A stretch of DNA of 63,963 nt, counting the filler, from Stramenopiles sp. TOSAG23-2 (taxonomy: Eukaryota): assembly GCA_900128395.1 (NCBI GenBank). It is 4 parts of 4 records of this genome, joined end to end, with 100 filler letters (N's around TTAATTAATTAA, not from the genome) between each part and the next. Parts side by side here need not be neighbours in the genome. Positions count along the whole stretch, not along the records: positions 1 to 16,792 come from LT649667.1; 3 more parts are not named here. The stretch is one strand, 5' to 3'. The notes beneath the pieces are model-generated. The model was not told the DNA's origin, did no database searches, and saw nothing but the letters and a program-made list of their open reading frames with translations. Made by a program: the position numbers and the translations under genes. How positions within the stretch are numbered: the stretch's first letter is position 1; every line of letters begins with the position of its first letter. Of this stretch, positions 1-10,541 are shown piece by piece.

Positions 1-41
1 CTCTCGAAACATCTCGGACTGTTCCCACTTTCTTATACTTG

Positions 42-1370
42 TTAGTATAAGAACAGCACTAATATCAAATATAAAATTTGGTGAAGGCTGGTCACAGCCA
101 TACGGGATGGCGCTGCTTTATTTGGCGCTGCTTTATTTCCGCTACCGCATGAACCACTGAACATAGGACCATCCCATACTTTTAAAGGAAAATCTATACA
201 TTGCTCCATCATTTTTGGCACTTCCGTGGAACAATATCTCCCTCCTCTCGGCGATTTTTTGCATATGTCAGCAAACAAATTAATCTCTTTACAGGTAATT
301 AACTTGATTGGATTATCGCAGTTGAAACTGGATTGTATAACTTGACTATAGGTTTCCAAGGCAGCAGTATTGTCTTTGTATGCAGAGTAATTTCTCACCG
401 GCAATTGAACATATTTATTCATCGAGTTAGATGCAATAAAATCCTTTGATAAATACTTTCCTTTTAAAAAAAAAGCATTGTGTGGTACACCACTGATTGC
501 AATTAAGTGATAATCATAATCAGGTTGTTTTAGCAATTCGAAATAACTACGAAGACTATTTCCATAACATACATCACAATGGAACCGAAGATAAAAACCA
601 GGGGGTGTGCAGTACGTTTGCTTTAAAGACCAAGCTGGGTTGAATTCCAATAGTAACAAATCAGCTGTTCTATAAGAGAGAATACGTTTTAAAAGAAAGT
701 AATCAAAAGAATCTATGTCGACAGATAACAAACCGATTTTTTCAGGAATATCTAAATGATCCATTAATGCTCCAATATTATCCATTCTTACATAAAAAGC
801 TGCAAAATTTAGCTTTTGCGACTCAGAAGTAGAATCTATTGACCAACCTTTCCATCCTTTTTCTCGGAAATGCAAAGTATTGGCTTCAGTTATATGGGCA
901 CCAATCTCAAAAAAGCTATTCGGAATTTCAGGTATCTGCTGAAAGATGTATTCCAGCATACCGTCTTCTCCATACTGAGAGTATACGCTTCTATTGTATT
1001 TGTTAATATTGTCTATCCATGCCATGCTCTTGGTTGACCTTTTGTTGTTATCGTACGCCAATGGCCTACGCGGCTGGTACGTCGTTCCCTGCCGACGGGG
1101 CCGATGGAGTTGATGTGTCGTTGGTGTGTTAAATTTTTGCGAATTTGGAATTGATCTATTTTTTTTGCCATCCAGCAATGGCCGACGGAGTTGATGTGTC
1201 GTTGGTTCTTTAAATGTTTGCAAATTTGCAGCATTGCGTGTCGTTGGTATCTTAAATGTTTGCAAATTTGGAGCATTGCAATCATAAATATTCATATACA
1301 TTAAAGCAAAAAGTGCGACAACTGCAATTAAGTATTTTAAACGCTTGTCTATATTTAAAGATGGCGTCAT
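42..1370 (-). CDS. FkbM-like class I SAM-dependent methyltransferase, membrane anchored
   Basis: 442-aa ORF; motifs YSQYGEDG, FFEIGAH, GWKGWSID, LLSVDIDSFDY, LLEFN; N-terminal hydrophobic anchor, repetitive stem, hydrophobic C-terminal tail. Confidence 0.7.
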   Translation of the reverse strand: MTPSLNIDKRLKYLIAVVALFALMYMNIYDCNAPNLQTFKIPTTRNAANLQTFKEPTTHQLRRPLLDGKKNRSIPNSQKFNTPTTHQLHRPRRQGTTYQPRRPLAYDNNKRSTKSMAWIDNINKYNRSVYSQYGEDGMLEYIFQQIPEIPNSFFEIGAHITEANTLHFREKGWKGWSIDSTSESQKLNFAAFYVRMDNIGALMDHLDIPEKIGLLSVDIDSFDYFLLKRILSYRTADLLLLEFNPAWSLKQTYCTPPGFYLRFHCDVCYGNSLRSYFELLKQPDYDYHLIAISGVPHNAFFLKGKYLSKDFIASNSMNKYVQLPVRNYSAYKDNTAALETYSQVIQSSFNCDNPIKLITCKEINLFADICKKSPRGGRYCSTEVPKMMEQCIDFPLKVWDGPMFSGSCGSGNKAAPNKAAPSRMAVTSLHQILYLILVLFLY

Positions 1371-1646
1371 TGTTTGATTTAGATTGTTTGATTTTCTTCT
1401 TGGTGGCTTATTGTGGGTTGCAATTTGAATAATCTTAAACTAAAGCCGTTTGATGCTTCTCGGGCATTGATACAAATCTTGTGCCTTATTCTGATTAATT
1501 TCCTCCAGCTGCTGCCGGCTGCCGCACAGGGCAAGGACCTACGTTTTCCTTGTCAGGGTACTGGCAAGGAAAATCTCTGGTGTCCAGAGTAGCAAGGACC
1601 CCCCCTGCCCTACTCTGGTCCAGAACGCCAACATCCATTATAACAG

Positions 1647-1690
1647 TATGAGTAAATAAAATCTTTAACTTATAAATAAGAGAATTTTTT
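1647..1690 (+). repeat. Dispersed repeat family A, core copy
   Basis: TATGAGTAAATAAAATCTTT...TAAGAGAATTTTT followed by (TA)n; same core near 18590, near 30596 and inverted at 16640. Confidence 0.7.
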
Positions 1691-2172
1691 ATATATATAT
1701 CTCGATATTTACGTACGTAAAAAATACATAAATATTATTACGTACGCGTATATATTATACATTTCAAGAGTATCATTAGGAATTTTATCATGAGTAAATT
1801 AAAATATAAAGTTATGCATTTTAAGTTATATAAAATTCTTTTACTCCCGTTTATTAACATCTCAAATCAAAAATGATTTTTATAAATTTTAGTAAAAATT
1901 ATTTAGTATTCAATAATTATATATATATATATATATTACGAAGTCATATTTTTATAATAACTATCATATATATGCATATGATATATGATATGATATACTT
2001 CGTATCAAATAATAATGCGTAAAATTAAATTATTATGTGTGTTATATCATATATTTAATATTATCATATGATTATATACGAGTATATTTTTTACTCGTGT
2101 TAATAAAAACTTAAATTATATTCGTATGATACATTAGAAAAAAATACAAAAATAAAAAAAATACGAGTATAA

Positions 2173-5100
2173 TCAAGTAGAGGCAAAGGAAGCGGAGGAT
2201 CCACCTTCTTCAGAAGCGCCAACAATTTTATTCGCTATATTTAGTTTAAAACGTTGTAATGTCATGACCCTTTCTTCAATTGTATCTTTGCAGAGCAACC
2301 GAATTACGTTTGTAACGCGAGTTTGGCCAATGCGGTGTACCCTATCCATCGCCTGCAAATCCATTTGTGGATTCCAATCATGTTCAAAAAAAATAACAGT
2401 ATCGGCACCAATCAAATTTATTCCTATTCCACCTACTTTTGTAGTTGTTAATAAAAACACATACTCTTCATTATTGTTAAATTCGTCTATCATATTTTGT
2501 CTTTCTCCAATACTAACATCACTATCCAATCTTATATACTTTAAATTTGAAAAATATTTCTCACAGAAATACTTTTCTAAAAAATTCAATGTATTCTTAA
2601 ATTGAACAAAAATAATAAATCGATGAGAGATCCTGCTATTTCCTGTGTTTACATGAATTATATCATAGTCGTCGTAATCATTAGTAATATTTGACGATAC
2701 CATTTTTGCAGTATTTCGTATACCACATTCTGCAAAAACTTGCTTCAATCCTTGGATTTTACCGCAGTCTATTTTATTATCACTACTATTGTCTTCATCA
2801 CAATTATGTTCTTCAAGCTGGTTCTTATTATCGTAATCATTTTCTAGTAGGATTTTGCCATTGTCGTTTTCGTCATCGTCTTCATCATCATCATCCTCCT
2901 CATCCTTTATATCAATATCAATCCTGATATTTAATGAATCTCGTACTGCATCATTTAACAACAATGGATGTGTGCATATCATTCGTAAATGCAATTGCAT
3001 AGTAATATTATCTGAAACTTCATTTTTATTTTCCATGTTTTTGTATATATTTTTCTGCCATGCGGGCATTTGACAGATACGATCTTGAATGATTTTAGGG
3101 GGTAAATCTTTCAGGACTTCACTTTTTGTTCTTCTTTTGAAAAATGGCAATATCTTTTTATGCACTTTTTCTAAAGCCATAACATATTGTTCTCGTTGTG
3201 CATGTGAAATATACAAGTGTTTTGACCCAACACTTGCTGACGGTTGAACTGCTTCAATTGGTTTCAATACATCTCTACGATAATCTTCCACTTTTCCTAA
3301 AAAATCAGGCATTAAAAATTCAAAAAGTGGAAATAATTCCATGGCACTATTTTGTATCGGTGTTCCAGACAATATAAGTCGATATTGCGCTTTTAGCGAT
3401 TTTGTTGCTACGTATCCTTTTGATTTAATATTGCTAATGATATGGCCTTCATCTAATATGACATAGTACCAATGAGAAATTATGCTGTTTAGGGAAACAT
3501 AACGCGATCTAAATAATCCATATGACATTAGAAAAACTGCTTTAGAATTGTTTTTTTCCTTTTTGATTTGCTTTCGCACTTTCTTCGTCCAACCATTTTC
3601 AAATGGTACTGGTATTAATTTATTTGGAAAGTATGTCTTTATTTCATTGTTCCAGTGCATTAAAACTGAGCTAGGGCATAAAACCAAAGTTGGGCATTGT
3701 ACAGAAGCAACATTTAGATGTTCCATGTTAAAGACACCCCCTTCGCTTCGAGCAGCAACCACAGTAAGAGCTTGAATTGTTTTCCCTAACCCCATATCAT
3801 CACAAAGTAAACCATGTAAACCAAGATCACGTAAATACAATAACCATGAAATGCCACGCAATTGATATGGGCGATACGTCAATGATAGTGCTTCGATGTT
3901 GTTATTTATACCAATAGTCGCAGTGTCTTCTTTGTCATCTCTATCTTGCCTGTTCAAAAGCATTTTCGCCACATAAGGATGGTATTCTACTTTCCGTTCA
4001 TGGACAAATAAAAACGATAATAATTTAGAGTTTCTCCTTCGAACATTTACCATGTCAATGGAAAATTCATTAGGATTTTCCATAGATACTTCTATTGCTA
4101 AATATGGCAATAGCCAAGAAAATAGTTTTGTCGTAATTGCGCGTAAGTTTTCATCAAAATGGCTGATTCCATGAACAATGGACGGCGCAATCAACAGTAT
4201 GTATGGTATAATTCTAGATGGAATTACCATCATACGTATCGCTTCTAAAACGTGAAACATTTTCAATTTGTAGATAACGTCCGTAGAATTTTTTTTGAGA
4301 ACATGCATTACAATTTTATGGAAAAAATTGAAATTATCGATGCACGCAAATTTTGCAATAATGTTAACAGCCAAATTTATCGTATTATCGACGCAATGGT
4401 GATTCAAAAGGCGTAAAAAAGTATCATTAACATTAAGGCATTTTTGAAAATTGATGTTTGGTATATCTAAAATAGAATCAAGCAATCGTAAACCCTTAAA
4501 TGCAGTATCTGATAATGGTTCGACGATATTACCATTAATTGTTGACCAAATCGTTTGAAACAATGGGTGTTCCAACCCTTTATATTTGTCCGATGCTTCT
4601 TTCAGTATGCAAATACCACCTTTTCTTTCAATATTCTCATTATTGTTGTTTTTGTTCTTATTATTATTGTTATTATTCTCAACATTTTTTGCAATGGAAT
4701 TGTTGTCATTGGTTGGACTTCTTGCAATATAAAGACATATATTATTTAGGATTTTCCCAGCAGTCCCTCGAGACACGTTTTGTAATAATAATACGACACT
4801 CGATGCAATCAACGTTTGCAACTCAACATTTTGCACTGTTTTACAACCTCTTAATAAAGGCAATATAATCGGGTTTAGATTTTTTGGCATTGCCGTATTT
4901 TCTAAATCTACGCATCGTAATATTGCTCCGCACAAGGATACTTTGACTTCGATATCAATAATGTAATGAGATTTTTGATAAATATCAAATTCACCATGAA
5001 TACGATTAAGTGCTATTTTAAATGGATTCTCGTTGTACTCCTCGCCATTACTATTTTTGTTATTTTTACCACTATTTTCAACCCCATCAAAGCTGATACT

Positions 5101-7758
5101 ATCGTGACTATTATTATTAAGAGAAAACAAGTCAAACCTATTATTTTTATCATTATAACATTTTATTTGATTTTCCCAATGCTTACTTAACTCATTTATA
5201 ATTTGATGGCCAGCTCTAGTATTGGAAACTTTATATAATTTCTTTAAAAATGGACCGTATTCAAATAGACCATCATTGGTATTATTATTTTGGCCATCTC
5301 TTTTTACACCCTTTTTTCTTCTTTTATGCTCTCGGACATATATTTTATCGAAACACATTTCTTGTAATTGCTTGCATTCATATAAAATACGTTGCTGTAA
5401 ACTTTCGTTCTCACTATAACGCTTCATTTTTCTAGTGCATTGGATTAGTTGCTTTTGAACATGTTGAACGAAGATTTGATTATTTTTTTTATCGACAGTG
5501 GCATATATTGCTTGCGCGGCTGCGATTACTTGATAACCATTATCACTACTTAAATTGTCAAGCAACAACTTCACCACATCCATATCTGCGCGTAATGATT
5601 TACATGCAGTTAATACCTTGCCGATTATATCAGTTAATATCACTCGCGTTGATGGGGTAGACAATTTTTCCAAACGTATGGAATTATTATCTAAAACAGT
5701 TTTTTTTCCAAGCAAATGATGCTCAAACTTTGTGGTCTTATTATTAAACGATTTTAAAACATTTGCGGACATTATTAAATCCGTTTTAAATGCCAAACCA
5801 TTTGCAGTTGATGCTAGTTGCAACCAATTTGATATTGGACATGCTGTGAGCAAATATTTCATAGGTATAATTTCTATCAACTTATATATGAACATTTTTA
5901 ACTTTTGGATTGGAATGGTTGAATTATCTGCGTCTAAAATTAACATTTCTACAAACAGTGTCATATACGTAGAATTGTTAAATATTGGATGAAAATTCAA
6001 TTCTGTGGTATTATTATCAAATATATTATTATTGTTCTTGAGATGGATAAATACATCAAGTAAATGGGTTTGAAACAACTGTAATGCTTTAATTCGAACG
6101 TCAGTGATCCCATGCATTAAATAGGATGATAATTTAAGTAATTGCTGATGGTATGAAACCCATATCTTGTGATCGTACTGCTTGGCATGAAGTAAAAGTT
6201 GCTCAACGCAGCCTAGTATGGCGGACGGGGAGACAGAAAAATCGTCAGCTTTTTTTAATGATAGAAACATTAGATGCAACAATTGTTGGCATTCTGGTTG
6301 CGTTAGAATATGGTTTGAAGATGTTAAAGATTTCTCCTTCATATTATTTGAGCTTAGACTATCCATTGTAATGTTCATGACTGCCTCTGATAGAACGGCG
6401 CGAACGTCATCTGATACATCATTCATACCATTTATACATGCACTTAAAATTTCTTTATTCCATTTTTTATGCTTTTTGTTTTTAATAATATAATTTATTG
6501 ATAATGCAGCACCATATCGTGCTTGCCAATCTTCATTGGTTAATAAAGTCACCCGAAGATGCTTCAATACAATAATAAAATCATTTTCTATTTCATTCAA
6601 ATGCATTATTATATTAGACATGGACAAAGACACTTCCTCTTGTACAGGACTTACTATTATGTCAGATGCAAAATCAGCAAATCGTTCCAATGACATTACA
6701 GATAGGAGCCTCACTATTGTATCTTGTAACATTAAATTAGAAAGCTTGTGAAATTGAGCAATCGTCATTAAAAAATTACTATTTGTTTTATTTGTATTAT
6801 TATTTGAATAATCTTCTAAAAGTTTTCTAGCATTTAAAATGGCATCTACTACATGTGGTAAACAAAGAGCTGCCCCTCGCCTACAATGCCACGATGGATC
6901 CAACAATGCATATGACAATTCTTGGTATAAAAACAACGTATTGATATGTACATTTTTATCTATAGTAGCAAGTCCACCATAACGTCTATGTTTCAACAAT
7001 TTCTTTTGGTATTCTGTATTTGCCTTACGCTTTAAAACGTTTTTCTGCCTTGCTGAAATTCCTTTCGGGTCTTTTTGAATATTGTTATTATTATTGTTGT
7101 TGCTATTATTATCAATTTGTACCTGGACTTTAACATCATTGAGTGTAATCATTTTCTTTGTTGGATCATCTTGACGATATTGTGATTTTCTCGCTTCTGT
7201 TGTTTTCAAATCAAGGCCAATCCTCTCTAACAAAGCCTTTCGTTGTCGAGCAATATAATGGGATTTATCCTCATTTACGTCATAAATATGAACAAATTCA
7301 TCTCCATCCGATGCTTGAAGTTTATCATGAACTTTTAATTTTTTAATCTGTGATAATTTGAACAACAACACTGCCGATTGTGATTCGTAATCGTGCCAAG
7401 AATTTTTCTGTTGCAATAGTTCGAGAAAGATTCGTTTAGACAAGTAAGGCATTAACTTTACCAAAATGCTTTTAGCGCATTGTTGAGATTCAAATCGTTC
7501 AGACCTAACAGCAATTAATAGGGATTTTAATACGTGATGATACAGTCTTGACTCTACTGTCTTACTTGTTGTTGATGAATTTGAATCGACATTATATTGT
7601 TTCTTGTTGTTATCATCAACACTGAAATCACTCTCAGCACTTTTTACTTGTTGTAATATATTTACAATTTCTTCGGCACAATATTTTTCATTTTCCTGGA
7701 TAGTAATTGATTTGACTAGTTTCAACAAACGTAATAATCTAGATTCTAACTCCCACAT
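2173..7758 (-). CDS. MOT1: TBP-associated Snf2-family ATPase Mot1/BTAF1
   Basis: 1861 aa; HEAT-like N-terminal region (PSWHCRRGAA, ERFADFASD, WQARYGA); helicase motifs LCDDMGLGKT, LDEGH, LSGTPIQN, DWNPQMDLQAMDRVHRIGQ. Confidence 0.93.
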   Translation of the reverse strand: MWELESRLLRLLKLVKSITIQENEKYCAEEIVNILQQVKSAESDFSVDDNNKKQYNVDSNSSTTSKTVESRLYHHVLKSLLIAVRSERFESQQCAKSILVKLMPYLSKRIFLELLQQKNSWHDYESQSAVLLFKLSQIKKLKVHDKLQASDGDEFVHIYDVNEDKSHYIARQRKALLERIGLDLKTTEARKSQYRQDDPTKKMITLNDVKVQVQIDNNSNNNNNNNIQKDPKGISARQKNVLKRKANTEYQKKLLKHRRYGGLATIDKNVHINTLFLYQELSYALLDPSWHCRRGAALCLPHVVDAILNARKLLEDYSNNNTNKTNSNFLMTIAQFHKLSNLMLQDTIVRLLSVMSLERFADFASDIIVSPVQEEVSLSMSNIIMHLNEIENDFIIVLKHLRVTLLTNEDWQARYGAALSINYIIKNKKHKKWNKEILSACINGMNDVSDDVRAVLSEAVMNITMDSLSSNNMKEKSLTSSNHILTQPECQQLLHLMFLSLKKADDFSVSPSAILGCVEQLLLHAKQYDHKIWVSYHQQLLKLSSYLMHGITDVRIKALQLFQTHLLDVFIHLKNNNNIFDNNTTELNFHPIFNNSTYMTLFVEMLILDADNSTIPIQKLKMFIYKLIEIIPMKYLLTACPISNWLQLASTANGLAFKTDLIMSANVLKSFNNKTTKFEHHLLGKKTVLDNNSIRLEKLSTPSTRVILTDIIGKVLTACKSLRADMDVVKLLLDNLSSDNGYQVIAAAQAIYATVDKKNNQIFVQHVQKQLIQCTRKMKRYSENESLQQRILYECKQLQEMCFDKIYVREHKRRKKGVKRDGQNNNTNDGLFEYGPFLKKLYKVSNTRAGHQIINELSKHWENQIKCYNDKNNRFDLFSLNNNSHDSISFDGVENSGKNNKNSNGEEYNENPFKIALNRIHGEFDIYQKSHYIIDIEVKVSLCGAILRCVDLENTAMPKNLNPIILPLLRGCKTVQNVELQTLIASSVVLLLQNVSRGTAGKILNNICLYIARSPTNDNNSIAKNVENNNNNNKNKNNNNENIERKGGICILKEASDKYKGLEHPLFQTIWSTINGNIVEPLSDTAFKGLRLLDSILDIPNINFQKCLNVNDTFLRLLNHHCVDNTINLAVNIIAKFACIDNFNFFHKIVMHVLKKNSTDVIYKLKMFHVLEAIRMMVIPSRIIPYILLIAPSIVHGISHFDENLRAITTKLFSWLLPYLAIEVSMENPNEFSIDMVNVRRRNSKLLSFLFVHERKVEYHPYVAKMLLNRQDRDDKEDTATIGINNNIEALSLTYRPYQLRGISWLLYLRDLGLHGLLCDDMGLGKTIQALTVVAARSEGGVFNMEHLNVASVQCPTLVLCPSSVLMHWNNEIKTYFPNKLIPVPFENGWTKKVRKQIKKEKNNSKAVFLMSYGLFRSRYVSLNSIISHWYYVILDEGHIISNIKSKGYVATKSLKAQYRLILSGTPIQNSAMELFPLFEFLMPDFLGKVEDYRRDVLKPIEAVQPSASVGSKHLYISHAQREQYVMALEKVHKKILPFFKRRTKSEVLKDLPPKIIQDRICQMPAWQKNIYKNMENKNEVSDNITMQLHLRMICTHPLLLNDAVRDSLNIRIDIDIKDEEDDDDEDDDENDNGKILLENDYDNKNQLEEHNCDEDNSSDNKIDCGKIQGLKQVFAECGIRNTAKMVSSNITNDYDDYDIIHVNTGNSRISHRFIIFVQFKNTLNFLEKYFCEKYFSNLKYIRLDSDVSIGERQNMIDEFNNNEEYVFLLTTTKVGGIGINLIGADTVIFFEHDWNPQMDLQAMDRVHRIGQTRVTNVIRLLCKDTIEERVMTLQRFKLNIANKIVGASEEGGSSASFAST

Positions 7759-9157
7759 TGATTTAGAAAGATTATTTAGTAAGATGAAGAAGAAGATGAT
7801 GATGATGATTGGTAAATGATATGTTATTTACATATGTATATATGAATATGTGAAGTGCGTGTATATATCTTATAGGCTAAAAAATATATATCAGGATTCA
7901 TATTATAATTGAAATAATAATATATATTGTGCGGTGGTGGAATCGGCCTTCCATCCTATTCCTTAAAAAGCCCCCATTTGTGGGGTCGCACATGCGTATA
8001 CTCGATCCCCTCGCTTCTCTTCTCGCTCGACACCACAAAAGCACTGTACCTATTTAAAATTTAATGGTTCAAAAATGTCCATAGTGTGCAGTTTTAAAAA
8101 AGCTTAATGTAAAAAACGACTTAAAATGACTCAATATGGAGTCTTATATACATATTTTACACTCCATATCATATATATATGGTATAAATATATATAAAAC
8201 GACCTGTCTATCATCTAACAATATATTATTACTATACATTTGCAATATACTACGCCGTGAAACATATATATACATCCATAAATCGATATATTGCCGATTT
8301 GGACATGTATACCTAAAATACACTAAAATACTACACTTATATGCATCAATTTTACAACAAAAAAAACGAAAAATAGCGATACAAAATGATATGAAAAAAA
8401 TAATAAAAATTTTATATTTTGCATTAATTCTGTTTGCAATAACTAACATTGTATAACATAAATATTACTACTAAATTTCAGATTCTCAATAAATATTTTT
8501 TTTATATTAATATATATATATATATTTCAAACAATCATATATACAATACGTTGAAAAGACTGAAAGTTTCTTTGCCCCCCTACTATTATTGATGTTTTGT
8601 TTTTTTCTTTATCATTATTTTATATTGTGTATTATTATTATTACTGCCAGAATATGACCGCAGACCTATATTATAATATAGATAATACAGTATGAATAAA
8701 TAAATGTAATAAATATATATGCCATCTAGATTATTGCCTGATGGATGATTGCCACAGATGATGCCAGATTGCCTGCTACTATAAGGTCTGGATAATATAA
8801 ATCTAATTTTGATGGATTATTTACACTAATAATTATTGTACTTAAATATATGATATTTTCCTAACGAGTTCTGTATAACAGATATACACAATACACAATA
8901 CACAATACACAGACAGGACTGGTTGTTGTTTATTATTTATTATTGCTGGATTGGTTCATATCATCAAAATAATAATAATATTAATAATAATAGAGTGCAA
9001 TAATAGCAGTTGCAATAATGGCCTACCTGTGGAATATTATTTTTCAAAAAATAGAAACAACAAACATAATAGACGACTAATCATAGTGATAGTATATATA
9101 TATATAAACATAAATTCATACAACTTATATACAAATATAAAAACCAATATAATAATT

Positions 9158-10072
9158 ATGTCAACTAATGCATTCAATATATTATCATCATCACCACCAT
9201 CACCAACAATGATGGAAGGTAATAATAATAATAATGCAAAAAAGAAACGTAAGAAGAAGAAGAAAAAAAAGATAAATAATAATAACAACAATAACAAAAA
9301 GGTAGATTCAACTAGCATGCAACTAGTAACGACTACTTCGAAATCATTAACAATAAAACAACGATGTGGGATTTTACATGCCGGTTGTTACATGATCTGT
9401 TGTAAATGTATACTTTGCAAAAGCAAAACACAAAATGAAGAGAATGAAATATTGCCAATTGAAAAATCATATTTATTATTAGGTTGTGGTACATGTGGTA
9501 AATCAACTTTGTTGCACCGTTTTTCGACATTAGACTTTAATGAACAATTAGATGAAAATAGCATATTGCCAACAAATGGTTTTAGTGTAAAACAAATAAA
9601 ATATAAACATGGTTTGCTCTCCTTTTGGGAACTTGGTGGTAGTAAGCGTATACAAAAATATTGGCCAAAATATGTAGAGAAAGAGTTATTTGATGGATTA
9701 GTATATGTTGTTGATGCATCATGCATTACAAGCGATGGAGATAAAATGTTAGAAACAACAAATGCATTAAAGAATTTTTTAAAAGTTGTTGGTAAATCAA
9801 CATATCAACGTTGGTATAGTAAAACGATATATATTATTTTGAATAAGATGGATTTAAGAATATCTAGTGATTTAAATCAAGGTACATTAATAGAAGAATG
9901 CAAAACAAAATTTCACTTTGTTAATGAATATTTTCGTTCATCTTCCTTTTTTTGCACCACGTGTTTTGCTACATTCTCATCTACTTTCAACGAAAAAAAC
10001 TTGATGCGTAAATACAAAAGTAAAGATATTGAAAGCGATTTTAAAAATGTATTAAATTCGTTGTTGGTATGA
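9158..10072 (+). CDS. Arf-like small GTPase (ARL15/ARL13-like)
   Basis: G1 GCGTCGKS, PTNGFS, atypical G3 WELGG, YVVDAS, G4 NKMD; first in-frame ATG at 9158 (track start 8951 is TTG); poly-Lys and Cys cluster upstream of the G domain. Confidence 0.82.
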   Translation: MSTNAFNILSSSPPSPTMMEGNNNNNAKKKRKKKKKKKINNNNNNNKKVDSTSMQLVTTTSKSLTIKQRCGILHAGCYMICCKCILCKSKTQNEENEILPIEKSYLLLGCGTCGKSTLLHRFSTLDFNEQLDENSILPTNGFSVKQIKYKHGLLSFWELGGSKRIQKYWPKYVEKELFDGLVYVVDASCITSDGDKMLETTNALKNFLKVVGKSTYQRWYSKTIYIILNKMDLRISSDLNQGTLIEECKTKFHFVNEYFRSSSFFCTTCFATFSSTFNEKNLMRKYKSKDIESDFKNVLNSLLV

Positions 10073-10541
10073 TGATGTGTGATAATGTGTATATATTTTG
10101 TACTTAAATTACTAATACTACCTGATGGTAGCTAGTTTCGCTTCCAGGAACTTGCCAGGGTTGCCGCTTGCCCCCCGTATATACGAGTCCTCTCTGGCAC
10201 CAACCAGGCGAACCTGGCGGCTCGTCGCACTTGCAACACTTCATTTACTCTTTTTTTAAAGAAGGATTTTATATTTTACAAAAAAATATTATTTAAACAC
10301 ATATATTATAAAATCTTAAAATTATCTGTATATTTCGGATATTATATTGATATAAAAATAATATCTCTGTCATACAATAATAATAATAATATATATATTA
10401 TATAAATATATTATATAATATAATAATTAAATACTATACCTTTTTTTCTATACATTATATTAGTCATCTATTATACCATCAAGTCATTCCACATCGGTAG
10501 CATACGAACAATAGCACAATACATAACGCAAACACCTTGAT

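Noticed and set aside
8136-8456. Overlapping ORFs of about 100 aa on both strands
   Set aside because: Low-complexity AT-rich sequence with no recognisable motif
10115-10260. U1 snRNA-like start ATACTACCTG
   Set aside because: Lacks ACTTACCTG, the conserved loops and the Sm site
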